Part shown: piece by piece, positions 31,105 to 43,600 of the stretch
Position numbering within the stretch: the first letter of the stretch is position 1
Layout: each line of letters opens with the position of its first letter
From: the human T2T-CHM13v2.0 reference genome, Homo sapiens
Reading direction: 5' to 3' (one strand)
DNA length: 64,000 nt
Assembly (NCBI RefSeq): GCF_009914755.1
Contig: NC_060926.1
Made by a program: the position numbers and the translations under genes
The notes under the pieces: model-generated
What the model saw: the letters and a program-made list of their open reading frames with translations, nothing else
Told to the model about the DNA's origin: nothing
Database searches by the model: none

Positions 31105-31182
31105 TGAAAATAGAGGTGACAGAGATATAGGATCATAAAAATAGAGGTGATAGGGATATAGAATAGTGAAAATAGAGGTGAC
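31105..31182. repeat. 31-bp tandem repeat, about 2.5 copies
   Basis: Unit tgaaaatagaggtgacagagatataggatca. Confidence 0.9.
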
Positions 31183-34100
31183 CCTCTTTATGAAATTGAA
31201 ATGAGATTTCCTTTAAGAGTACTTTTTATCTGCTAATCCAATTAATCAATTTTTGATGTAACATTTGAAAAAGAAATTCCCTCTTTGGATTGTTTGGAAG
31301 GTTTTTGTCATCCGGTGTCATTTCACTTCCTTGGGAACAGCCTTGCTACTTCTGTGGTATATTGTACATAACTCAACTGATCCTACACAATTAGCCACTG
31401 ATGTCTGCCCATCATGAGAGCAAAGGTAAAAGAAAAGGCAACATTAAAACATATGCTGAATTATATGCCATGTATAATAACTATTATCTAAGATATTTAA
31501 AAGACATTAAAAGGAAATCAAGTTTATAAGTCAAAGTGATTGTAGGAGGAGAGTACACTTATCTTCTACAATAGAATTTGTCTGGATTTGAGGATAAGAG
31601 GAAGGATGAGGAAGTTGTCTAACTGAACTATTAATCCAAGTGACTTTTTGAAATGTGAGATAGCTTCTATTCTTTCTGCCTTCTGCAGTTTCAAAGCAAA
31701 ATAAGTTTAATAATTTCAGAGAAAAAACCAAACGTAGACAAGAAAAAAAAACATACCACTAAGCTTAACCCACAGGAGAATTAATGATGGAACAATATAA
31801 TCCTATAATAATTTATTGTCAATTTGCTCTTTACTCATCAATGTTCTTTAAAAAAATGAGAATAGAAAAAGTTTAGAAGAAAAAAGTTTATCTACAGAGA
31901 AATTCTTTATAGAACTATATGTATTTCTGGTTTCTAAGGCTTGTGGCCAGATGTGATAATTTTTTTAAACCTCTATTTTTTCATAGCTTCACAGCTAATT
32001 GGTCAGTAAATCTATATATTTATCATCAGAGAGACACAGTAAATGATTAACTCAGAAAAGGTATGTATTCTAGTGCCATATTGTGGATTGATTCTGTGAA
32101 AAGGAACAGTGTATTCTCCTCTCCTGTCACACACACAATACTCTTATCCACGTACACACTCACTGCTCCATTTTTCTGCCTTGAAAATGAGGACAATGCT
32201 AGCTTGACTCCTGAGGATTGTATCAGGGTTAAATAAATAATTGAGTGATTGGAGACAAAGGGCTATGAAAGTATGAAAGTGTGATATTAAACTGTAAAGC
32301 CATGCAGGCTGTGAAGGCAATAGAGAATTTAAGTGCTGAATGAAATACTGTTATAAAAACTGAAACCCATTAGTTCATAAGAATGCTCTTGAGAGTCCAG
32401 GAGAACCCAAGGGTCTTTGGGTTGTGATGTGAGATTCCTTTTTCCAGTGTAATCATATTTCAAGAAGCAGCACTAATATTTATAAAGAGAAATTGCTCTG
32501 TTTTTGAAGAGATAAAATTTCAGGGGATGAAGATGAAGTTCTTTTTATGGGTGCAGAGTGCAGACTTGCCAAAAAAAAAAAAAAAAAAAAAGAAGAAAAA
32601 CAGCAGCTACAACTAGTTGGCATATGGTAGAAACAAGAGAAATGTACTCAAGGGTATCCTTTAGCTTAGGAGGTGTCAGAGATAAGAGGCCAGAATTGGG
32701 AGACCCTCAGGAGTTTCCCAGTAGTGGGCAGTTTGCACTCACATACGTGTTGTGGAAAGGCCACACCCTGGATTGTAACTCCCTGAAGATGATGCTGTCC
32801 TTGCCATAGAAATGCACCAAATATTGGCATGGCATGCCTACACAGGCTCTGGAAAGAGGTGTGTCCAATTCACATTGCCTGATGTTCCATAATTTTGAGA
32901 CACCCTAGACTGTAGCCTAGTTCACAGGTGTGGCATGGGGATGCAAAGAGTTGTTACAATCACCCAGCTCCCACCATGTTGTGCTCTGACACTTCTGTTT
33001 GCTGCTCTCCAAAGGGAGAATGTACAACATGACCGATTTTATCCTTGTCAAACCTGTGCCCTCCCTGGCACGAAAGGCAAAGAATAAAAATTTCAGTTAC
33101 TTTAAGGAGGGGAAATGTCTTGAGGTTTTCTGAACTCAATTAAGTTCACTTACCAAACTGCTTTGATTTTGTCAGTTTTGAAAATGGTGATAAAGTTTTG
33201 CTGCATACTTCATGCTTGATCTTAATCAATACAATTTTGTACATTCTTTTGCTCTGATGCATCAGAATATAAGACAGGAAATCATTGAAAATTTTTCCAT
33301 AGCTACTTTGTGCTAAAAAAAATCAATGATTTTGCCTCTGTGGGGAGGAAGAATGGAACTTGCAGGGAAGGCATAATGATTCTAGAATTACTTCCCACCA
33401 TAAGTAAGCTACCAAGGATGGTGTGTTTTTTATAATTTTTTTTTTTGAGGAACAAAATTCTCTTCACTTTGGCAAAGTGATTTTATAAAAAATAATATGA
33501 ATAACAACAGAATATTTCTTTGTCAGCCAGCCCTGCCACTATTGTTGAAAGTGCTAGGCAGAGTGTCCTAACTTCACATTTGGGGATTAGATCAAACCTG
33601 TGTTTATAGTTTGAAACTCTTAATAGAGCCATCTTTTCTTGGGAAACTCTTTGAACTAGACAGACCAAGCTTCAGAATGGTGCCATGTCCTCTGCACCTT
33701 TCTGATGGGATTCTCACATAGCCTGCTGAGAGAGGCACCCAACAAGCGCTTATTTGCAAAATCATTCTATAAAGTAATTCCTGAATCATGAGGGCACACC
33801 ACATTTGCAGTAGGATAATTACTAGTTTTCCCTAATCTTTTCTAAGATGACATTAGAACTCTGCTTTCTTTTTTTTTTTTCCATTAAAAAAAAAGGACAA
33901 AACTATAAAGCATGTCTCAAAAGCCCAAGTGGCAGTTTGGCACTTGCCCAAGTTTGGCAGTTGAGCCCAAGTGGTTCTCAAATCAGAGTGCCTGACACTC
34001 CTTCCTGATTGCATGACCTATTAGTTGTGACTTTGGGCAAGTCACCTTTGGCCCACCCTTCCCTTATTCCAGCTATGTTTTCACAGGACTATAACCCAGA

Positions 34101-34519
34101 ACAGAACGCACTGGGATATCACTTCTGAGCCTGGTAAATCCTCACAGTGACTCTCAAACCATGTCTTCAGTAGCCACATTTCCCAAAGCCACTGAGTAGG
34201 ACCTTTTAGTTGGTCTGCTTAGAGAGAACACCAATAAGTTTTCTCCAGAGGGCTTGGTCCTTTTCCTTCAAGCATAACATCTACAACAAACCCCGATCTC
34301 TTCATTGGTCTAGAGCAAACATTAACTTCTTTGCTGTGAAGGGAGTTGAATTACAGAAAACATGTATTTTGAGTTTCCTACAATCAGTTTATGATCATTC
34401 CCTCACATATCCTCGATATAAGCAATTTCTTTTATTTTTTACACGTTGGAAACTCACATGGCATTGTTTTTCTTTGAATTTAAACTTTTACAATCTTTTC
34501 CTCACAAGAGCCACATAAC

Positions 34520-34700
34520 AATGATATTAATAACAATGAAAATAGCTAAGTTTATTGGACAAATAATGTTTAAGGGCCTCTGCAAAATGCTTTTACCATA
34601 AAGAATTTTAATTAGTCCTCTCAACAATCCTATTAGGAAGATATGATCATTTCAGTTATACAAGCAAAGAAACTGAAAATCCAAGAAATAGAAGTTCTTC
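34520..34700 (-). mobile_element. MIR SINE
   Basis: 'taattagtcctctcaacaatccta...agaaactgaa'. Confidence 0.55.
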
Positions 34701-35136
34701 ATGACAATTTTTACCACTAGCAATTCTGTCTAATGAAGTTTTTCAACTTCAAGATATAGGACTCTGAAACACTTCTATAGGCTCATCTCACCTGACGGCC
34801 AAGATTCAGTGATATTCAGATGGCCTCTCAACTAGTTTCTGTGGGTAACATTGTTCCCATTAAAGTGGGGAACTAGATGTCTTCTGCTTACACATTTTCT
34901 CCTAGGCTGTCAGAACGATTAATGCTCCATTTATAGCAAAGATAGAGTAAAAACTTGGATTCAGCTTTAAATTTGGAAACTCCAAACAGGGCTGCTAGAA
35001 CTTTTCCTAAAAATGGAAGAAACTTGGCAACTACAAAATTAAATTTGTCCAGTCCTAGAAATAGCACATTAGTTATGAATGTGGTTATCTATTAAGGCCC
35101 ATAGATTAAATGAAAGCCTTCCATCCTCACCTCTCT

Positions 35137-35137
<1 letters not shown>

Positions 35138-35186
<49 letters not shown>
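35138..35186. repeat. (CA)n microsatellite, about 24 units
   Basis: Directly visible in the sequence. Confidence 0.97.
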
Positions 35187-35188
<2 letters not shown>

Positions 35189-35459
35189 CACGCACACAAT
35201 TCATCTTTCTAGCCATCAGCTAGTAGTTAAATTGTGTATGTGTGCATGTTACAACTGCTATGATTGCCAGCGTCGGTTTAGGCTGAGGCAACTCTGTCAT
35301 ACTCCCTGCCTTTGCAGTAGCTGATGCCTCCTACCCTTTTTGTATACTAGTGAGGAAGGAAAAGCTTTGAGATTGTCATGGGGGAAGCTCAATTTCACTT
35401 GTACCTTTGGTCCTGTATTTATTCAGCCTCATCTGTGAAATGTTAAAAGTACCTGGAGG

Positions 35460-35751
35460 GGCTGGGTACAGTGGCTCACGCCTGTAATCCCAGCACTTTG
35501 GGAGCCCGAGCTGGGTGGATCACCTGAGGTCAGCAGTTCGAGACCAGCCTGACCAACATGGTGAAATCCCATCTCTGTTAAAAATACAAAAATTAGCCAT
35601 ATGTGGTGGCACACATCTGTAGTGCCAGCTACTTCAGAGGCTAAGGCGCAAGAATTGCTTTAACCCAGGAGGCAGAGGTTGCAGTGAGCCAAGATTGTGC
35701 CACTGCATTCCAGTCTGGGCAACAGAATGAGACTCTGTCTCAAAAAAAAAA
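35460..35751 (+). mobile_element. AluS (Sx/Sz-like)
   Basis: Dimeric Alu with A tail; TSD aaaagtacc. Confidence 0.93.
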
Positions 35752-37205
35752 GTACCAAGAGAAACTTTCCTAGTATTGGGGGAAGATGAGTGAGCAATGG
35801 TACTTTCTCTTCTTTTCCCTCTGCCAATGACTTCTGAGGCTTGTATTCCTTTCTGTTTTCAAAACAATGACTGTGGCATGGAGTGGGGGAATATCAACCA
35901 AACCATACCAATCATTACATTCTTTCCCTCTAAAATAGTTTTATCACCTCAGAGTAATCTGTTCTGTATGAGTTTGGCTCTCAACTAGCCATGTGTCCCT
36001 GGATAAATCGCTGAACCTCTTTAAATGCCCCAGGCTCCCTTTTACAATACAAAGTGCATCAGACTTGACCTCAGAGGAGCCAAGTTCTTGTCCCAGCCCT
36101 ACCCCTTACTATCTCCCTGGCATTGGACAAATCACTTTACTTCTTTGATGCCTTCTTTTCTTATGAGGAATAAGAATCACTAGTTTCCAGAGTTTTATTG
36201 TTTTTATGAAGATTAAATGAAGAGGACACACACACAGGTATATATAAACATACAATGTAAAGCTATATAATAAACATCTACATGTTTGTATGTAATGTTT
36301 ATGTAACATATATGTTTACATAATAAACACGTGTGTTCATTGTATACATATTTCTATGTGTTTGTGTTTATATATGATGCTTTTTGTGCACTGTAGATTT
36401 CCATGTAGGTATAAGAGATTGCTGTCACATTTGTTGCTTGCAGACTTAGTGATGTCTATCTGAGAAGGCACAATGAGCTCTGCTGTCTGCTCCCACCCAC
36501 TTTTTTGTTACAGCATTGTACTAAATAAATCTGGCAAAGATGGATGGAGCACCAAATTCCCTGGCTGCCCATTAAGTCAACGTCCACCAAATTTTATTCC
36601 TTTCTCAGCCATTTCTCTTCTCATGGGACTTTTGTAAGACAGAGGCATTAATATGACATAGATGGTTGTAAAAATGGCCCTCCTAGACCTCATAAAGGAG
36701 CCCATGCTGGGATCCCTATCCACACTTGGTGCCCAAGCTTAGGTCAGGATTTCTGTGTTTAACTTGTACCCAGAAATGGATTTTTACAAACAGAAATGAG
36801 AAGTCTTCAAAGTAACTTTCTTGAAAGTAACAACATACTGTTAGAATAAATAGAAAGAAAATAGAGGTAAAATTAAATAGAAGCTTAAGTAAAAAGACTC
36901 TTTTTTTTGTTTTTGTTTGTTTGTTTGTTTTTTGTTTTTTTTTTACTTCCATTAGGACTTTTTAGTTAAGCAACACAGACTTTAAACAGCATTTGATTTT
37001 GAAGAAACCTCATGGAACTTCTCATCTCCATCCTTTTCTCTCCCTGCCTTTTGTTTTCTTCCCACCTCTCTCTCTCTCCCTCTCCCAGCTACTGATGGAC
37101 TTGCTTTTTTAGGAAGGGCTATTGAGTATTGTGGGGAAGCTTGACAACTTTGCCAGGGCAGACTGATTCCACATTTTATTTCTGGCCAGTGTCTCCAACT
37201 TGGCG

Positions 37206-37209
<4 letters not shown>

Positions 37210-37248
<39 letters not shown>
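37210..37248. repeat. (CA)n microsatellite, about 19 units
   Basis: Directly visible in the sequence. Confidence 0.97.
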
Positions 37249-37250
<2 letters not shown>

Positions 37251-38624
37251 ACTCCATGGATCACAAATTAAGAAATGTTGGTTTGCATCATCTTCCTAGG
37301 AGGGTCAAACCATCTTACCATCAGGCCAGGGCCAAACAACCAGAATCATTGTTTGTTACAGAGAAATGTGAGGCAGAATTCTGGCATAGGGTCAGATTGA
37401 AGGTAGAAAAGGGCTGTCAGATACAGCACCTCATCAGGGTATAACCTGACCAATTACAGGTTTGAAAGGAAGACACCAGGACAGGAATCAGTGCCTTCAG
37501 TGGTGCCATCTCAGACCAAAAAGACACATCTGGTACAAGGGCAGAGCTAACTCTAACACAAGCTTCTGGGGTATGAGGTGCCTGAACTTCTCCATTGGCT
37601 GGCTTGTTTTATGGGAATGTGAAGGATTACCTGCTGGCCACACTTGCTTCTGAGTGATATACAAGAGCAACATGACACACACTAATAGTAAACACAACCT
37701 GTTCAGATTTCATGTGGCAATCTCTGTCACCCTTTGCACCCCAGCACAAACTTTGTAAAATTATATTGATCTGTGTCTGGAACTGTATTGCCTCCGTTTT
37801 AACCTGTAAGAGCAATATGATTATTTGATAATATGACTTGAATGTTTCAGAGAGATATCAGTAAGGCTACTGGCAGCCAAGCAACCTAACCCCACAAAAA
37901 CAGTCAACCTGCAAATACACAAACACACTCCATAATGGTTCATGTTCAAAGAGCTGGGCCAGGGCACAATTCACATGTATGAATAATATTTGGCCACCAA
38001 CTGAATGGCCCCAGGTGGGTAGCATCACTCTTGCCATTGCCACTATACTCTCCAGTAGCTGAGATCGCTGAGTTACTGCTGTGACCCAGTAGCCCAGGGG
38101 ATTCCCACATGAAATACCTCCTGACAGAATCTCTCAACTTACGAGGATCTCCATTGATAAGGAAGAACACAGAGGAGCAATTCAAGGTATGAGCTCAACT
38201 CAGCCTGACGAGTTTTGTTTCTGTCTTTGGTGTTTGGTAGAAAATACTATTCATTTAAAGAGATCTATCAATGGCCTACAAGTAAAGCATATATTGCCCA
38301 ATTGCCACTATCTTTATGGGCCTGCTATATTAATGAAGAGTATTTGTACTATATAAAGAGAATGTGAACTTTACTGTTCCACATCTGTGGGCTTGTGCTT
38401 ATGATGAAGATACATTGATGATTTGTGATCTGCAGGGCTTAAGATCAAGTGGTTGATATGACATGTGGTTGATATGTTTGGCTGTGTATGAAAACACTCA
38501 TGTATACAGATGGACACAGAGTTGTGCTAGGATTATAAGAGAGCCTGTCTACGGGTTTAGGCTGCTAACAATGAGTGTGCGCCCTTAACATATCTTAGAA
38601 AATCTATGTATATATATATATATT

Positions 38625-38775
38625 TTTCCTTTGGATCCAATTTTATATGTTGGAAACAGACTTATGAAGCTCAATGGGTGTACCTAAAATTAAAGGCAAT
38701 AGAAAGTAGCAGAGCTAGGATTTGGAACTAGGTCTATGTGACTCTGAAGTTCACGTTCTTTCTCCCACTTCACAC
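38625..38775 (-). mobile_element. MIR fragment
   Basis: 'aagtagcagagctaggatttggaactaggtctatgtgactctgaag'. Confidence 0.6.
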
Positions 38776-39226
38776 TGGATTGCATTAGACTGGATGCTAT
38801 TTTTTTTAATCTGTTTGCAGTCAAACTGTGATAATTTGAGGTCAACAGGCAGTAACTATATGTCCTTTTCTTACCCTTTAGAAGCTCTGGTGAATGGGAT
38901 GAACTGTCGGAAGAACACCAAGAGTAGGCCCGGGAAGCTGGGCCTGGCAGTGAGCCACTGGCCTGTTTCTCTTTTGGTGGGAATCTACTAATTTTTGTTC
39001 AGGACACTCTAATTTTTCTGGACTATGTCTTTACGTAAAACACTAATTACTCTAAAGTGCTTGCTTCTAGCCATGTGTGATATAAGGATAAGAGATACCA
39101 TTAACTACGGCCCATAATCCAGGGGAGACAAAGAACTTCAGAGGCAAGGGCTCATCCTGGAGCTTTGACCTCAACACATGGCACTGGGCAGGTGGCAGGG
39201 CTCCCAGCCTCCGCCTCTTTACACCT

Positions 39227-39816
39227 TGTCTTAGTCTGTTCAGGCTGCTCTAACAGAATTCCATAAATTGGGTAGCTTTTAAACCAGCAGCCCCCAACCT
39301 TTTTGGCACTAGGGACTGGTTTCCTGGAAGACCATTTTCCCATGCAAGGAGGGTGGGGATCAGTGGGGGATGGTTTTGGGATGAAACTGTTCTACTTCAG
39401 ATCATCAGGAATTAAATTATCATAAGGAGTGTGCAACCGAGATCCCTTGCATGCACAGTTTGCAATAGGGCTTATACTCTTGTGAGAATCTAATGCCACT
39501 GCTGATCTAACAAGAGGAGGAGCTCAGGTGGTAATGCTCATTATGGAGGCTAGGAAATCCAAGATCAAGGTGCTGGCAGATTTGGTATCTCATGAAGGCT
39601 GCTCTCTATTTCATAGATGGGATATTTTAGTGTATCCTCATGCAGTGGAAGTTTGAGATAGATCTCTGAGGCATGTTTTATAAGGGCACTAATTGTACTT
39701 ATGAGGGCTCCACCTTTATGACCTAATCACTTCCCAAAGGCCCCCTCCTCCTAATATCATTATCTTGGGGCTTAGGATTTCAACATACGAATTTTGGGAG
39801 AACACAAACCATAGCA
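39227..39816 (-). mobile_element. MLT1A-like MaLR LTR interrupted by MER1B
   Basis: 'tgtcttagtctgttcaggctgct', 'tccaagatcaaggtgctggcaga', 'atgacctaatcacttcccaaagg', end 'accatagca'. Confidence 0.85.
39285..39540 (+). mobile_element. MER1B hAT-Charlie MITE, 3' end missing
   Basis: 'cccccaacctttttggcactagggactggttt', 'gatgaaactgttctacttcagatcatcagg', 'gagaatctaatgccactgctgatct'. Confidence 0.88.
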
Positions 39817-39823
39817 TTCTACT

Positions 39824-40115
39824 CCCAAAAGGCCTGAGAACCAGAAACTCTGATATCCAAGGGTTGAAGAAGATATCTGTCCTAGTTCAGGAAGAAAAAT
39901 TGCCCTTCTTACATCTTTCTGGCTTTTTCAGGCCCTCAATGGATTGGATGACGCCCACCCACTTTGGTGACGGAATATCTTCTACATTCGTTCCACTAAT
40001 TCAAATGCTACTTGTTTTGGAAACACTCTCGCAAACATACTGAGAAATAATGTTTTATCAGCTCTCTGGGCATCCTTTAGGCCGGTCAAGTTGACACAGA
40101 ATATTAATAATCACT
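39824..40115 (-). mobile_element. MLT2B-like ERVL LTR, partial
   Basis: 'aggcctgagaacca', 'ggccctcaatggattggatgacgcccaccc', 'gtcaagttgacacag'. Confidence 0.85.
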
Positions 40116-40607
40116 CACCTCTAACAGAGATGAAACGAGTATAAACTATTTCAAAGACTCAGCTCTTCAGACCTATAGTCATACACTTTTATTATCTGTT
40201 GATTTTCTTGGGGAAAGGATTCATGCAAGTACAAGAGAAGAGGAGGCATAGATTAGAGTTTAAAAATCATACACCCAGAACATCATTTGAAGAAAGGCTC
40301 TGTTTAATTCCAAAGTTGATGCTGAGACATTTGCCTTTAAGTTGATTGGAGATAATGAACTGAAAACAAAAACCAGTTTGGATTTTGGACTAAAGGAAAA
40401 AGAAACAAAAATTATATTGTAAAATTGTTACCTTTAAAATTTCAAATTTGTCCAGTGATTTGTCTATGACTTTTCTCTTAAGAGAGAGATGTGCTTTGGG
40501 CATTGACTCTTACGGTTTATGATAAAATGTTCACTGGATATTCTCATTCACGGAGCAGGAAACTGACTATGTCTTTCTGTGTTACCATTTTGAGAGAAAC
40601 TTCTCAA

Positions 40608-43600
40608 GAGGGAGACAAGATGGCTGACTAGAAGCATCCAGGAAGCAACACCGCCAAGAGACACCAAAATATCAAGGAAACCAACATATTTCAAACAGAT
40701 CTTTAGAGAGAAAACACCACGAGTTGAGAAGAGGTGATGCAGATGCCAAAGCTGAAGAAGGAGGAAGCCTGGAACCCTGCATGGGGTTGCTGAGTGCCGG
40801 AACTAGTTCCTGGCCCTGAACTGCTTCTAGGAAAGGGGTGTGTGAAGTGATGGCAGGGCAGGCCACTCTCGCTGTGGACCTCTGGGATTCTAGCTATAAG
40901 AGATCCAACGACCCTCTCAGGCATTTGAATTGGCAGGGAGATCTGTCTAGAGATTAGGAAAAGACAGAGCTCCACCCTGTGTGAAACCCAGGTGGTTTTG
41001 CGTGTGGGGCAGCTGCAATGGAAGATGGCCATAGGCATCATTCCCCAAGGTTCCCCATCTTCCTCTGAGTAGCTCTAATCCCAGCTGACCACTGGGCCAA
41101 AAGAGAGCAGGGCCATCTTTCCCATGGGATTGGACTCCATCTGTTCTGCAGACTCCCTTGCCTGCCGTCTCCTCCCATGGTCCCTGCCTGGCTGCTACTA
41201 CAGGAGCATATGCATAGTACAACCTCTGCTGCCCAGCCTGAGTGCTACCCTGGTGGCCTGGGGGCATTTTGGATCCCCTAGCGTAGCCAGTGCCTGACCC
41301 CAAGAGGCCATAGGCTAGAGCCACAGGCCAGGTTCCTGTGCCCCACAGTTGCAGTGCACAGCCTGGGAGTGCCCAACTGAGATCCGTGGCCCATACTTGA
41401 GTAGGGGAGAAGCCCCCACCCTTAAAACACTGAGAAGGGTGAGACCATCAGGTTCATGGGTTGGCATGGGAATGACTTGTGCTTCCCTCTGCAAGGCTAG
41501 TCCAGGAAGGGTATGTACTGTCTGTCCACCATGACCTCTGCCCAAGCAAAACCCATGGCCGAGAACACTTAACAAAGGAAATGCAGGCACAGCGTCAGTG
41601 ATCAGAGGGGGCTACCCTGAGGCCTGAAAGTGTACTTGGTGAGGGGTTTATCTCTGTCCCCTCCCTACACCATAGAGCACTGCCGGAAACACTTTGAAAT
41701 ACAAAAGAGCTGCCCAACTAAGTAACAGCCTATCTGCCAGCCAGTACTTTTAAGTATCATCTACTGGGTTGCAGCCCAAATTACACAACACCAAATATAT
41801 TCTGTCAGTATGCATTGCTGATGAAATCCAGTGCAAGAATCTAGTTACAAATGAAAATCCTGTACAGAGGTATGGCCCTCTGAAAGTATCCAGAAGGAAG
41901 TCAATTGACTATACTCAACTTACAGCACAGTTAAATCCATAGGAAATAAAGAATATAAACCCAAAAGCCTCATCCGACTGATAGCAATTCCCAAAATACA
42001 AGCAAACACCAATCCATTCAACAGTGACTAATCCAACTTGTACTAAAGCAAATAATAATAATCCATAATATTAAAGGGCAAACCTGATCCCTTATATTGA
42101 TCTCTCTAATTCATTTCATTGCTTCAACTAATCTCCTTGGGCTCCTACTCCATTCATTTACACCAACTACCCAACTATCAATAAATCTCCCCCTCAGATG
42201 TAAAAGAATCAGTGCAAGAACTCTGGCAATTCAAAAACTCAGAGCGTTCCCTTACCTCCAAACAAGTGCAACGGCTCTCCAACAGTGGTTCTTAACCATA
42301 TTGAAATGACTGAAATGACAGACATAGAATTCAGAATTTGGATAGCAAGGAAGCTCATCAAGATTCAGGAGAAAGTTGAAACCCAATCCAGGAATCCAAA
42401 GAATCCAATAAAAGCATCCAAGAGTTAAAAGACAAAATAACCACTTTAGAGAAGAACCAAACTGAACTTCTGGAATTGAACAATTCACCATACAATTTTC
42501 ATAATACAATCAGAAACATTAACAACAAAATAGACCAAGCTGAGAAAAGAATCCCAGAGCTTGAAGACTAGTTCTTCAACCCAGTCAGACAAAAATAGAG
42601 AAAGATTAAAAAATGAACAAAACATCCATGAAATAAGGGATTATGTAGAGACCAAACCTATGACTCACTGGCATTCTTGAGAGAGAAAGAAAGAGAGTAA
42701 GCAACCTAGAAAATATATTTGAGGATATAGTCCATGGAAATTTCCCTAATCTTGCTAGAGGGGTTGGCATGCAAGTTCAAGAAATACAGATAACCCTTAC
42801 ATGATACTAAACAAGATGACCATTCAAAAGCCACATAGTCATCAGATTCACCAAGATCAATGTGAAAGAAAAAATATCTTAATGGTAGCTGGAGGGAAGG
42901 GTCAAGTAACTTAAAAAGGGATCCCTATCACCCTAGCAGCAGACGTCTCAGCAGAAACCTTACAAGGCAGAAGAGATTGGGGACCTATTTTCAGTGTATT
43001 TAAAGAAAAAATATTCCAACCAAGAATTTCACATACCATCAAACTAAGCTTCATAAGCATAGGAGAAATAAAATTCTTTTCAGACAAGCAAATGCTAAGG
43101 AAATGTATTGCCATTAGACCAGCCTTACAAGGGGGTCTTAAGGGGGTGCTAAACATGGAAATGAGAGAAGGATATCTGCTACTACAAAAACAGAGTTAAG
43201 CCCACAAACACTATAAAACAACTAACCAAGTCTACAAAAAAACCAGCTAACATGATGACAGGATCAAAATCTCACATATCAATACTATCATTCAATGTAA
43301 ACGGTCTAAATACCCCACTGAAAAACACAGACTGGCAAGATGGATATAAAGACAAGACACAGCTGCTGTCTTCAAGAGACTTAGAGCACATGTAACAACA
43401 CCCACAGGCTCAAAGTAAAGGGATGGAGAAAGACCTATCATGCAAATGGAAAAGAAAAAAGACCAGAAGTTGTTATTCTTATATAAGATAAAAGAGACTT
43501 TAAACCAACAAGCAAGAAAGGCAAAGAAAGGAATTATATAATGAGAAAAAGTTCAATTTAACAAGAAGACACAACTAACCTAAATACATACACTCCCATG

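Noticed and set aside
36236-36378. Nested imperfect palindromes in AT-rich sequence
   Set aside because: Expected self-complementarity of a degenerate (TA)/(TG)/(CA) low-complexity tract.
42097-42309. 70-aa ORF fusing ATP6 sequence to L1 sequence
   Set aside because: TTG start, out of frame with L1 ORF1 (itself ATG-TAA); an incidental by-product of the NUMT.
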